The notes below the pieces were generated by a model. That model ran no database searches and was not told where the DNA came from. It was given only the letters and a program-made list of their open reading frames with translations. From Squalus acanthias (Eukaryota), in assembly GCA_030390025.1 (NCBI GenBank), contig CM059433.1, positions 12,650,001 through 12,714,000 on the forward strand: 64,000 nt of DNA, given 5' to 3'. Position 1 is the first letter of the stretch, and each line of letters opens with the position of its first letter. Of the stretch, positions 51,547-64,000 are shown piece by piece. Both the position numbers and the translations under genes were made by a program.

Positions 51547-51674
51547 ATACCATGACACAGTACATTGGTACACCAAGGGAGTGTGCCTCTGGACTGTCCC
51601 AGGAGAAAATACTTCAATCATAGTACCCAGCATACTCTAATGATACTGATGATTTAATATTGACACTGGCACTA

Positions 51675-52247
51675 CGGGGCCAATTTTAACGCAGTGGGAA
51701 AAGGGGTGGCCACACAGTTAAAATCACCCCTGAAAACTTACCACCCTGTTTCCCGCACCATTGCCACCCACCACCTCTTTAACTGGGCCCTTTTTTTAGA
51801 AGGCTGAGGCACCTGCTTGACTCTGGGGCGTCAATAGGGGGGGGGGGGGGGGTCCTAAGATGTCATTAGGATCCCGATGGCATTTTAACCGCTGAGTGAA
51901 CGGAGTGCCCTCCGGGGCTCCCCCCCACCCCCCCCCCCCCACCCCTCCCACCTGCGAGACCCAGCCAAAACCCCCCTCCGTGACTTACCTGAATGCCGGC
52001 GGGCGGCCCTTCGGGCTGCCTGATCTTGGCCTGCTGGCAGCCAGCCGGCTTCTTCTTTCTGCTTTTATTTCGGGCGCGCGGCTGGCTGGCTGCCGGCAGG
52101 CATGTTAACTTAAACCCTGGAGTTAAAATAACCCGGGACTTAAATTAATGACATTGGGAGGGGAGGTGGGGGAGTGTGGGGGGGGGGGGTGGGGGGCAGT
52201 TTAACGCTCGTAGCACCTGCGCGAAACCTGCACCCAGTTAAAATCCC
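51675..52247. mobile_element. GC-rich MITE-like element
   Basis: GGGGCCAATTTTAAC ... GTTAAAATCCC ends. Confidence 0.55.
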
Positions 52248-53022
52248 ACTTTGTGTATTTTAAACCTGCCTTCTGAGTTAGGATTGTCATCTTTTGCCAA
52301 GTACAAAACTGGACAGAGGATGGGTTTGCGAGTAGGGTCAGTGTGGAAACACTTTTGGTTAATTCTCTTAAGGCAGTTTATTTCAAGTACTGTGTGGCAT
52401 CAGTGTTCATTTGCTACAGGACGTACATTTATTTCAGTGCAGATTATCTTTCTCTTACACTCTGTTTTTGTAGGAAATCCAAGCTCATGCCTCTTTGCCA
52501 GCTCTTTGTTTAGAAACTGCAGACTTAGATTCAGCATCTCTGGCTCCTTATTATTGTTTAGTGTATTTGTAGTAAATTTTGTATTGATGTTTCTACCTAG
52601 TTCAAGTATTCCTTTCTATATGTATTTGGATGCTTTCCCTCAGTGATCAGTTAAAGTGTAAGGTATTTATTTGGGCTCGAGCTCTCTCTGCTGAGGAATT
52701 ATTTGATATTGTGATGGCCAGGACCAGCTTCTTCCCTCAGTACTGCTGGCGCTGAACATCATTTCAAGACCTTGCCAGTTTTCAGCTGCAGCAAATCTGA
52801 ATCAGCCCAATTTGGCTACTTGACTGCGAACCCCACAAAACGGGACCAAAAAAAATCCACCAGAAACCTCAGACCCTGGATATTCCTGCCCAATTTACAT
52901 TCGACATGAAAACTGAACAGTCTACTCAAACAATGGTCTGTCCAGTCGAAAACAAAACAGTTGACAACTCTAAATGCAGTGGGACCTTGAGCTGGTGGAA
53001 ACATTTTCAGAAGAACAAGAAC

Positions 53023-53480
53023 TCCCATTTATAATGTGCCTTTCACGACCTCAGGATGTCCCAAAGCATTTTGTAGCCAATTAAGTACTTTTTTTGAATT
53101 GTGGTCAGTGTTGTATTATAGGGAAACGCGGCAGCCAATTTGCACGCAACAAGGTCCCACAAACAGCAATGAGATAATGATCATATAATCTGTTTTAAGT
53201 GATGTTCATTGAGGGATGAATATTGGCCAGGACACTGGGGAGAACTTCCTGCTCGTCTTCAAATAGTGGCCGCGGGATCTTTTACATCCACCTGAGAGAG
53301 CAGAGGGGGCCTCGGTTTAACATCTCATCCGAAAGACGGCACCTCCGACAGTGCGGCACTCCCTCAGCGCTGCACTGGGAGTGTCAGCCTAGCTTTATGC
53401 GCTCAAGCCCCTGGAGTCGGACTCGAACCCACAACCTTCTGACTCAGAGGCGAGAGAGAGTGCGACCCACTGAGCCATGG
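53023..53480 (-). mobile_element. DeuSINE, near full length
   Basis: Homologous to 6530-7006. Confidence 0.85.
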
Positions 53481-53481
53481 C

Positions 53482-53673
53482 GGGCACTTTCGGCAACTTC
53501 GGCAGAGGCACAAGACGAACGGTAGCAGATCAACGGTAGCCACCCGTTGTACCCCCTGCCTGATTGTCTTTTCCATTGACTTCAATCGAAGGGAAAGTCA
53601 AGTGGAGTGCATAATGGGTGGCCGATCCACTACTGTCCATTTTGTGCCGATGTTCAAGTTGAATGTCACCCCC
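53482..53673. mobile_element. Small palindromic MITE; related element at about 63503-63698
   Basis: Imperfect inverted arms around ttccattgacttcaat, ending in cacccc / ctacccc. Confidence 0.5.
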
Positions 53674-54293
53674 TTTGCCTCATGCTTTAATTCCCTCTCT
53701 TTATCTCTATCTTCTCATCCAGGTAGTCAGATAGTATAATCATGCTCAGGGCCACTGTTTTATGGTGACTGAATAAATCAAATTCCAGTTTTATTACATG
53801 GGATTCTGGGATATTTAGCAGTGATTTGGGATCACGTTTTGTGATTCTGCCCATTTATAATTAGGCTTATTGGCTTACTATGACTGAATAAAGTCAAATC
53901 CATTTTTATTACATCAGATTATAGGATTTTCCATATTTTTGTGATCATGTTGTTTCGTTGTTTTCTTTAAATGGTACATTGGTTCCTGAGCTCATGGGGC
54001 TGGGAGGCCGAGAAAGGTTGTTGTCTATGAAGGGCAGTCAGACAGTATTGAATAATGGAGACGTGCGCATCGATGAATATTCTGTGTTTTGCTTAATTGC
54101 CTCCAGAGATCAGGGAGTATTTACGTAGAACTTTCCCTTAGGAGCTTAACCGGGTGGGTAGAGTCCATGGTAGGGTAGATTGTACATAGTCTGTGGAAGG
54201 AGCCGACTTAATGGACTGAATGGCATTTTCTCCTTCCATATTTTCTTTTATTGAGTAAGCAGATTAGTTCAGTCTCTGCCACCATTTGAGTTT

Positions 54294-54756
54294 AGTGTCA
54301 GCTGTGGCTCAGTGGGTAACACACTTGCGCTCTGAGTCATGAAGGTTGTGGGTTCAAAGTGACTTGAGCACATAAAGCTAGGCTGACATTCCCAGTGCAG
54401 TGCTGAGGGAGTGCTGCATTGTCGGACGGTGCAATCTTTCAGATGAGATGTTAAACCCCGTCTGCTCTCTCAGGTGGCCGTGAAAGATCCCCATGGCCAC
54501 TATTTTGAAGAAGAGCAGGGGAGTTATCCCCGGTGTCCTGGCCAATATTTATCCCTCACCCAACATAACAAAAAACAGATTATCTGGTCATTATCACATT
54601 GCTGTTTGTGGGAGCTTGCTGTGTACAAATTGGCTGCTGCGTTTCCCACATTACAACAGTGACTCCACTTCAAAAGTACTTCATTGACTGTAAAGTGCTT
54701 TGGGACGTCTGGTGGTTGTGAAAGGCGCTATAGAAATGCAAGTCTTTCTTTCTTTT
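54294..54756 (+). mobile_element. Full-length DeuSINE
   Basis: tgtcagctgtggctcagtgggtaac head, Deu core and (tttc)n tail. Confidence 0.87.
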
Positions 54757-54863
54757 CACTCCATATAAGTTTTACTGGAAAAGGTAAAACTCCAGTTACC
54801 CCAGCCTTTTTGCTATATGAAAATTGACTATTGTAAAGCCCATTCCTAATAAGCATTCTTAAC

Positions 54864-55335
54864 GGTAGCATAGTGATTATGTTACTGGGCTAGTAATCCA
54901 AAGGCCTGGTAGTAATAATCCAAAGGCCTGGTAGTAATAATCCAAAGACATGAGTTCAAATCCCACCATGGCATCTTGGGGGATTTAAATTCAATTAATT
55001 AAATAAAAAAATCTGGAATTAACAAGCTAGTATCAGTAATGGTGACCATGAAACTGCTGGATTGTCATAAAAACCCAGCTGGTTCACTAATGTCCTTGAA
55101 GGAAATCTGACATCCTTACCCAGTCTGGCCTATATGTGACTCCAGACCCACAGCAATGTGGTTGACTCTTAACTGCCCTCTGAAATGGCCTAGCAAGCCA
55201 CTCAGTTGTACCTAAACCGCTGTGACAAAGTCAGTGCTGTGGGAGTGACTGCAGCTGGTTCAAGGGCAATTTGGGATGGGCAATAAATACCGGCCTTGCC
55301 AGCGACGCCCACATCCCAGGAACAAATTTTTTAAA
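54864..55335 (+). mobile_element. tRNA-derived SINE whose tail matches the 32745-33462 LINE
   Basis: ggtagcatagtg A-box and gagttcaaatccc B-box. The 3' end is caagggcaat..gggatgggcaataaat..ggccttgccagcgacgcccacatccc. Confidence 0.8.
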
Positions 55336-58229
55336 AACTCAGGTAGACTGGACCAGTGGCACCTACTATTGCTCTCCGGTGATTAACTTTATTCTTTTAG
55401 TTGGAACTCTAGTTTCTTACGGCTCTAACAGCTAGGTAAGATAGAAAATATTTTCATTCTCTCTACTTTGTTTTGAACTGAAAGCCAGGTCTCCAGAGGA
55501 ATAGAGCAATGACAAAGACAACAGTTTTAGTTCACTGCACCTTCTACCCTCACAGTTATTGCACCATTACTAATCTTTGGCAACTAAGGTAGTGTTTGTT
55601 CAAATAAGAATGAACATTAGCAAAAATGGATTCAAATGAAATTCTTGCACTATTTATTTTGTTTACAGTTCAGTCACTGAACACAATAGACCTACATATT
55701 ACTCAATATTCTGGAATATCAATTATTCTTGGCATTTAGGGTAAAGAAATTAATAAATGGCTATATATAGCAGCTCTTAAACTTAAAGCAGCTTGCTTGT
55801 ATTCTTGGAGATTTCTTTAAACATAGGTTTGCCCGAGAGGATTTTTTTTTTAGTTGTAAAGAAATGCTTTTTAGTATTTATCTACTGTGTTGGCAAGCTG
55901 ATTGCATAGTGAATTGATTGGAACTTTTTTTCATTTCATTTAGTTTTGTTATTGTGCTGGAAGTAACTAGAGCTTATAATATCCTTGAATTAGCATTTTG
56001 AGTGCGACCCTTCACTGGTTTCTGACGAAGGGTGGTACCTGAAACCTTAACCGATCTTTCTCTTCCAGATGCTGACAAGCCAGTTTACAAATTTTCTTGG
56101 TTTTGTGTCAGATTTCCAGCAACCACACTTTTTTTTTCTCTTTGTGTCTGCTGTAAGTAATGTCTGTCTTACTAATACTGAGGAGCCTTTTATTAAAAAG
56201 AATATACGTTGGAGTATTTAATTTGTCCACATAGAATTTTAATTCATATTAGTATCTCACTCTATTGGCTTTTGTCGCGCTTTGTTAATGCCAAGAGTTT
56301 ATTTTGATATTTTTCTAGTTTTTGTCAGAGGCTTCCATTATAAATGAGGGTTGCAGCTCTGGGTGATTTCACGTACAGTATTTGTGTCAATACAAATATG
56401 GCTTTCAAGTTCTTTGTTCCTATTTCTATAAGCATTAGCAATGGCAATTCTTAATATGACGTTTCCGATGAGCAGTTCAAAGACCTGTTAAAATATGACC
56501 TAAAATGTAGTTTAGTTACGCAAAATCTTATGATTACAAAGCTTTTCTGAAATGGTTAATCTGAAATTTTGTTTTTGCTCTTCTAAAGCATTTCCTGTCT
56601 TATGCAATAATAATTTATTACTTCCCAACAACGACTATGTATTTTTGGCAATCCCTGAAAATCTGATTTTATAAATAGTTCCTCATAAAGCCACGAGACT
56701 GAATAACTCAAGAGTACATATAAAATTGGCCATTGCTCTCTCTTGATAACGAATTATTGAATTTCCTCTGGCCTATTTTGCTATATTTTATTCAAATTTT
56801 TTTTTTTTTTTTTCATTTTGTGTACCTTTTCACCCACCAGTTTGATTGCCATGGTTGCTGCAGTGGGTGAATAATTGGCTGTCTTAGCAGGAGCATGTTC
56901 TGGAGCTAAAGTCGAGTGCTTTCTTCGTGATGTATGCCTCATTTGGATTCAGCCGACAGCCTAGGGGCTGTATTATTCATGCCTTGACAGATAGCACTCA
57001 CTAAAAGCATTGGACGAGGGCCAGGTACTGGCAGGGAGATTCTGGAACATTGCACCTTACTACTCAGAGTATCATCTACAAAAGGAAAGCTGCTTCATTT
57101 CCATAGCTACGTTAGCACGATAAAAATATAGAAATCCAATTTGCATTCAGCGAATAAAATACCAAAATTGTGGGGCTTTTTTTTTTGCAGCGTGCATGGA
57201 TTAAGATTTTTAACACAATTTTCTACGTTTAATTGCAAGGCTTATGTTTAATTAGTAAGTCACCACAAGTGAAAAATGAAGATTCACATGAATGCATATA
57301 ACACAATGCAGTGACACTGAATTCACTAATTAATGTATGGCTGCTGTACAACAGAATGCACTGTGGGATATTTATTAGAAATACTAAGGCCAGTTTTAAG
57401 TATCTTTTTTCCTCTGCCCCCCCCCCCCCCCACCGACTTTTCTATACCACATTAACGTAATTCTGCATCTGCTATCATTATCCTTGACAAAGAAGTATCT
57501 GAATTAAATATTCGATTTATCTTTTCAGGCATAGACTTGGAGATTTTTTTTAATGGTTGTAAGCTTTTGTTAACAGCACCCTTAAAACAATTGCATTTTT
57601 TTTTTACTCATTTCACGAGGACAAAAGTTTGCAGTTTTATTAGGAATGAAGAGAATTCTGAACACACTGTGTATCCAGTGAGGTTCTGCATGTTATATGA
57701 TGTATGACTTCATTAATGCTGCTTTTGCTACCAAATACTTGCATTTGCTGGTTTAACCCTGTAGCTGCTACTGCAGTTCGGCTGTTCCCTTTCAACGTAG
57801 CAGATAAGCAATTTTTTTAAATCTCCTCGTCCCCCCCCCCCCCGCACCGCCACCCCTCATTAGTTTCTCCTCTCCTTTCCTGAAGCAATTGATTTATTTT
57901 GGGACACGATTCCACAGGCTCCAGCTTGCTAGTCTTCACATACGATCTCTGGCACTGAACATAGGCAGACGAAATAGGGCATCACAGACTCCAGCTTCTG
58001 TCCGCACACTCACAGTTCCAGTCAGGGTTGCTGAATGGTGATCAGGAGCAGGAATTACTTCTTTTTTATCCCCCCCCGATCCTTAGCCCAGTGAGGCCAA
58101 TTGTGGTGCCTCACCACTGCCCGAGGTGAGATCAGCGATAGGGGCTTCATTTCATTTTTTTTATATCCTGCAGTTTAAATGTTGAGTTGTAATGTTAGTA
58201 AGTTTAGGAGAAGGAGGCATTGGCTTTTG

Positions 58230-61200
58230 GTATACACTGGTGTGGGGTGATGGCTCCTCTGGGGAGAGCAGCCAGAGCCAAGGCCACGGCACCACGGGTG
58301 GCTCAGCTGCATGGGGTGGGGGGGGAGGAAGAAGAATGGAAGAGCAATAGTGATAGGGGATTCATTGGTTAGGGGAACAGATAGGCGTTTCTGTGGCCGC
58401 AGACGTGACTCCAGGATGGTATGTTGCCTCCCTGGTGCCAGGGTCAAGGATGTCACTGAGCGGCTGCAGGACACTCTGAGGGAGGAGGGTGAACAGCCAG
58501 AGGTCGTTGTCCATATCGGTACAAATCACATAGGCAGAAAGAGGGATGAGGTCCTGCAGGCAGACTACAAGGAGCTAGGAAAGAGATTAAAAAGCAGGAC
58601 CTCAAAGGTAGTAATCTTCGGATTACTCCTGGTGCCACGTGTTAGTGAGTACAGGAATAGGAGGATAGAACAGATGAATGCGTGGCTGGAGAGATGGTGC
58701 AGGAGGGAGGGCTTTAGATTCCTGAGACATTGGGACCATTTCTGGGGAAGGTGGGACCTGTACAAGCCGGACAGGTTACCCCTCAACAGAGCCGGGACCA
58801 ATATTCTTGCGGGGAGGTTTGCTAGTGCTGTTGGGAAGGGTTAAAACTAGCTTGGCAGGGGGATGGGCACCAGCATGTAGGAGTGGAGGGGAGGAATGGG
58901 GTGCATGGAAGAGTGAGTGTGTTGGATGGTACTGGAGGGGAAGGTAGTGCTGGAGGCAGAAGTAGTACCATATTAGATAGGAGCAGACTGAGAAAGACTA
59001 TGAAAAATTCAAAATGGGTTTAGAATGCATGTATGTAAACGCACAAAGTGTGGTGAATAAGGTTGCTGAGCTACAAGCACAATTAGCCGTGTGGCAATAT
59101 GATGTTGTGGCAATAACGGAAATGTGGCTTAAAAACGATGACGATTGGGCACTTAATATTCAAAGGTACAAGGTGTTCAGAAAAGATAAGGAAGGAAAAA
59201 AGGGAGGTGGGGTGGCAGTGCTGATTAAGGAAGACATTGTAGTGTTGGAAAGGGAGGATGTTCTTGAGGGGACAAGGACAGAATCCATTTGGTTAGAGTT
59301 GAGGAGCAAAAAGGGTATGATCACACTATTGGGGGTATTCTACAGGCCTCCAAATAATGAGAGGGAGGTAGAGGAGCAAATCTGCAGGGAAATCGCAGAG
59401 ATATGCAAGAGCTATAGAGTGGTGATATTGGGGGACTTTAATTACCCAAATATCGATTGGGATAATGCTAGGGTAAATGGAAAGGAGGGGAAGGAACTTC
59501 TGAAATGTGTTCAGGAGAATTTCCTTGACCAGTATGTTCTTGGCCCAACTAGGAAGGAGGCATTGCTGGATCTGGTGCTGGGGAATGAGGTGGGCCAGGT
59601 CGACCAAGTGTCGGTGGGAGAAGACTTGGGTACGAGTGATCATCGTGTCATAAGATTTAGATTAGCAATGGAGAGGAGCAAGGAACAATCTAGAGTGGAA
59701 CTTCTAAACTGGAATAGGGCTAACTTCAATGGGATGCGAAAGGATCTAGCCAGGGTAAAATGGAACCAAAGACTGACAGGAAAAACTGTAACGAAACAAT
59801 GGGTGATCTTTAAGGAGGAGATGTTCCAAGTACGGGCTAGGTACATTCCAACAAGAGGGAAGGGTAAGGGAACCAAAGCAAGGGCTCCTTGGATGATGAG
59901 GGAGATTGAGAAGATGATGAAACAAAAAAAGAGGATGTATGATGAATGTCAGGTGAATTCTTCAAGGGAGAACCAGACCAAATACAATAAGTTGAGAGGG
60001 GAAGTGAAGATGAAAATAAGATTGGCAAAGAGAGAATCGGCATGTAAACAGTAAGCGGGTAGTAAGAGGCGGGGTGGGGCCTATTAGGGACAAAGAAGGT
60101 GATATATGCTTAGAGGCGCAGGGCAAGGCTAGAATACTCAATGAGTACTTTGTATCAGTGTTTACTAAGGAGGTGGATGCTGACAAAATATCAGTAGAAG
60201 TGGAAAAGGTAGAAGCAATGGAAGGGGTGAAAATTGATAGACAGGATGTACTAGAAAGACTGGATATGCTTAGAGTGGATAAGTCGCCTGGTCCAGATGG
60301 CTTGCATCCCAGGTTGCTAAGGGAATTGGGGGAGGAGATAGCGGAAGGGCTTGCCATAATTTTCCAATCTTCCCTAGATGCGGGGGAGGTGCTTGAGGAT
60401 TGGAAAGTGGCAAATGTGACACCATTGTTCAAGAAAGGGTGTAAGGACAATCCCAGTAACTACAAGCCGGTCAGTTTAACATCAGTGGTGGGTAAAGTTT
60501 TAGAAACAATAATCAAGGAAAAAATTAACGGGCACTTGGAGAGGTTTAAGCTAATTAAGGAGAGCCAACACGGATTTGTAAAAGGCAGATCGTGTTTGAC
60601 TAATCTAATTGAATTTTTTGATGAGGTAACAGGGAGGATTGATGAAGGGAATGCAATGGATGTTGTCTACATGGATTTTAGGAAGGCATTTGACAAAGTA
60701 CCACATAGAAGGCTGGTTAACAAAATTGAGGCTCATGGAATAGGTGGGTCAGTGGCAGGTTGGATAAGGAATTGGCTTAAGGACAGAAAACAGCGAGTTG
60801 TGGTAAATGGCTGTTTTTCAGACTGGAGGATGGTAGACAGTGGTGTCCCCCAAGGGTCAGTGCTGGGGCCACTGCTTTTTTTGACATATAAAAATGACCT
60901 GGATATTGGAATACAGAGTAGAATTTCAAAATTTGACGATGACACCAAACTTGGGGGTGTGGTAAACAGTGAGAATCATACCAATCGACTGCAACAGGAC
61001 ATAGAAAGGCTAGCAGAATGGGCAGAAAAGTGGCAGATGGAATTTAATACAGAGACGTGTGAGGTGATGCATTTTGGCAGAAGGAACAGGGAGAGGCAAT
61101 ATACACTTAATGGCACAGTTTTAAAGAGTGTGCAGGGACAGAGGGACCTGGGTGTTAATGTGCATAGGTCCCTGAAGGTGGTAGGACATATTGAGAGAGT

Positions 61201-61848
61201 GGTTAACAAAGCATATGGGATCTTGGGCTTCATAAATAGAGGTATTGAGTACAAAAGTAGAGAAGTTATGCTGAACCTTTATAAAGCACTGGTTAGGCCA
61301 CAACTGGAGTATTAAGTCCAGTTCTGGTCACCACACTTTAGGAAGGATGTGAAGGCACTTGAGAGGGTGCAGAGGAGATTTACCAGAATGGTTCCGGGGA
61401 TGGGGGATCTTAGCTACAAGGACAGGTTGGAGAAGCTGGATTTGTTTTCATTAGAGCAAAAGAGGTTGAGGGGTGATTTGACAGAGGTGTACAAGATTAT
61501 GACAGGTTTGGAAAGGCTAGATGGGGAAAGGCTGTTCCCACTAGTTGATGGTACAAGGACTAGGGGACACAGATTTAAGGTTTTGGGCAAGAGATATGGG
61601 GGGGAATGTGAGGAAAAACTTTTTTACGCAACGAGTGGTGAGGACCTGGAACTCGCTGCCGACGGAAGTGGTGGAAGCGGAGACACTCAATGTTTTCAAG
61701 GGGAGACTGGATAGGCACTTGAGGGAAATAAACTTGCAGGGCTACGGGGATAGAGCGGGGGAATGGGACTGACTGGATTGCTCTACAGAGAGCCGGCATG
61801 GACTCGATGGGCCGAATGGCCTCCTTCTGTGCACTTATGAGTCTATGA
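58230..61848 (+). mobile_element. CR1 LINE, 5'-truncated within ORF1, inactivated
   Basis: Esterase ORF1 58311-58844 (GDSLVR, HIGTNHIG), APE 59014-60054, RT 60074-61315 (FADD mutated to FDDD, premature TAA), and 3' tail. Confidence 0.95.
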
Positions 61849-62226
61849 CATTTTAAAAAGTAAAACTGTGCCATATTGTATCATAATACTAAACTCTGTT
61901 TGTGGCTGTGAAGATTGCATCGGGGGATTGTGTAGTCATAAAAAAAAGTGAAATCTGACTGGTTACAAGAAGATCCTGTATATGTACTGATGAGGTTCCT
62001 GTAATTGATCAGTCAAAGCATCAGTAGATTTCATTTCTAGTTTACTGCATTAATTAAAATCTGATATAAAATTGAAGTATATTTAAACACAGTATCTATT
62101 ATAAAATATAAGCCTTATCTGTATAAGCAGGAAGTGTGGAGCTCCTTACCTCGATGCTTCTTTCCTCCTACAATCTACAGGCTTTTAAAACTGAAGCTTG
62201 GCATCAGCTAATTCCCCGTTTATCTT

Positions 62227-62786
62227 AAATAACAACAGAAAATGCTGGCAACACTCGGCAGGTCAGGCAGCATCGTGGAGAGAGAAACAGAGTCAACGTT
62301 TCAGGTCAATGGCCCTTTGTCAAAACTGGAAAAAGTTGGAGAAGTAACAGCTTTTTAAGCAAGTGTAGGGGCAGGGAGAAGGGGGAGGGGAGGAAAGAAC
62401 AAAAGGGAAGGTCTGTGATAGGCTGGAAGGCAGGAGAGATTAAGAGACAAAAGGGATGATGGTGCGAGGCAAAAGGAGATGGTAATGGGACAAGTTAAGA
62501 AACAAAAGATGACTCTAGATGAAGTGTAAATGGCACTGGCAGAATGATCGACAGCTACCGTGTGAGAGAGAGAAAAGGGAAAAAAGAAAAAAAATAATAA
62601 TATTGGGGCCGAGGTTATTGTCTGAAATTGTTGAACTCGATGTTGAGTCCAGAAGGCTGTAAAGTGCCTAATCGAAAGATGAGGTGCTGTTCCTCGAGCT
62701 TACATTGAGCTTCATTGGAACAGTGTAAGAGGCCGAGGACGGAGAGGTCAGAGTGGGAGTGGAGCGGAGAATTAAAGTGACAGGCA
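62227..62786 (-). mobile_element. Penelope-like element 3' end (GIY-YIG C-terminus plus pLTR)
   Basis: The minus strand reads ACHFNSPLHSHSDLSVLGLLHCSNEAQCKLEEQHLIFRLGTLQPSGLNIEFNNFR, followed by a pLTR with a mutated hammerhead core. Confidence 0.85.
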
Positions 62787-64000
62787 TTTGTCTTGTCTTT
62801 TTAAATCTTTTCAACTTTGTCGACACCTGCAAGATAGATCTGGGTCCTTTATCTTGGTTTCTCAATTAATACTCTATAATTGCACTCCTGCCCATTCAAC
62901 CTGTGCACCTATGGAACATTTTTAAGATGAAAGATGTAAATAAACAAAGGCTGCCCGTCTGTTATCTCTCAGACACATACCTATGTATAAAAATGCACAT
63001 TTCCTACCCATTACACTTTGACGATTGGCCGAATTTTTGTATTTGTAAAATAGAAACAAATTTTCCTGCCGGTGTTAATTATTTATATTGGTGGCCCTCT
63101 GATTGCACATTCTTGGCTGTGACACCATGAGGCAGCTACCCCTGGGATCGGTGCGTGCACAAATCACACACAAATTTATTCATGACACATTCCACTTTCT
63201 TTCCAGTTCAACACAGCTAGAAGCAAAAATCGGGTAGTGTATAAAACAGGCAGCCGATCCACTACCACCCAATTTAAAGAGAAAAATTCACCCCCAAAGT
63301 GTTTCAGTTTCTCTTGGGTTTTTCTTGGTGGTGGTTCAACATTTGTTTTTTTTTGTCCTTATGCTCAACCACCCCCATTCTCCAGCCCCCCCCACCCCCC
63401 CAAAACAGCATAGCCACTGGCTCACCGTGAGCATTTCTTTGGAAGATTTGCTCGTAGATATATGCGACAGTCTTGCCTCTAGCATTCGTCAGTCACACCC
63501 CAGAGGGTGGATTGGAGCTCCCATCACCGGGCGATAAACTGCGGGTACATGCGGTTACCAGCAGATCAGCTACCTGCTTACCCTGGTTTTCCTTTCCATT
63601 GAAATCTTTGAAATGAAAAATTCTGGTGGGGTGAATAACAAGCCGCTGATCCGCAATCGGCAATTTACCAGCCAGCGTTGGAAGTTAAAATCTACCCCTA
63701 GAAGTTCTACTTTGATACAGATGTCAGAAAAGGAAAAGAAAGTCCTGGGTTCTTCTGACCTGAATCCTGAAATTTACTGACCTCTAATCGACCTCAGGAT
63801 TTTTTTATAAGCAGTTTCAATTCCTTGGAAGCTCACAGAGAGAACGAGTCGCGGGCGTAAAGGGACAGGCCAGGCGAGCAGTTGAACATCGCACCGTGCT
63901 CCAGACCCAAGACTACTAGGGTTGCCAACCCACCAGGCTCATCCCAAAGTGTCCAGGAATCAATCTCCAAGACACTGGCGTGAGCAGCCCAAGAGAAATA

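Noticed and set aside
54294..54370. tRNA gene
   Set aside because: It is the tRNA-derived head of a DeuSINE, continuous with the SINE body, with no full cloverleaf.
59014..61315. 346-aa and 413-aa ORFs as active genes
   Set aside because: They are CR1 ORF2 pieces separated by a deletion/frameshift, with a premature stop.

Overview
Repeat-rich vertebrate genomic DNA. The repeat content (Deu-domain SINEs, CR1 and L2 LINEs, Penelope ends, GC-rich Harbinger-type MITEs) suggests a cartilaginous fish; that is inference. The window covers the 5' part of a MYT1L gene on the + strand. Three small coding exons (47852-47906, 48087-48120, 48422-48484) splice to [50 protein letters not shown](S), which is the N-terminus plus most of the first C2HC zinc finger. 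A candidate upstream exon at 4786-4901 would splice in frame onto the ATG exon. Nearly all other ORFs in the track are decayed transposon ORFs or noise. The introns hold a near full-length CR1 with nested insertions, two internally deleted Harbinger elements with a Myb/SANT remnant, several MITE families, a solo LTR, and several Penelope-like ends carrying minimal hammerhead ribozyme cores. One of the Penelope elements is a TSD-flanked palindrome with a hammerhead on each strand. All calls were made by eye, with no database search, and repeat boundaries are approximate.
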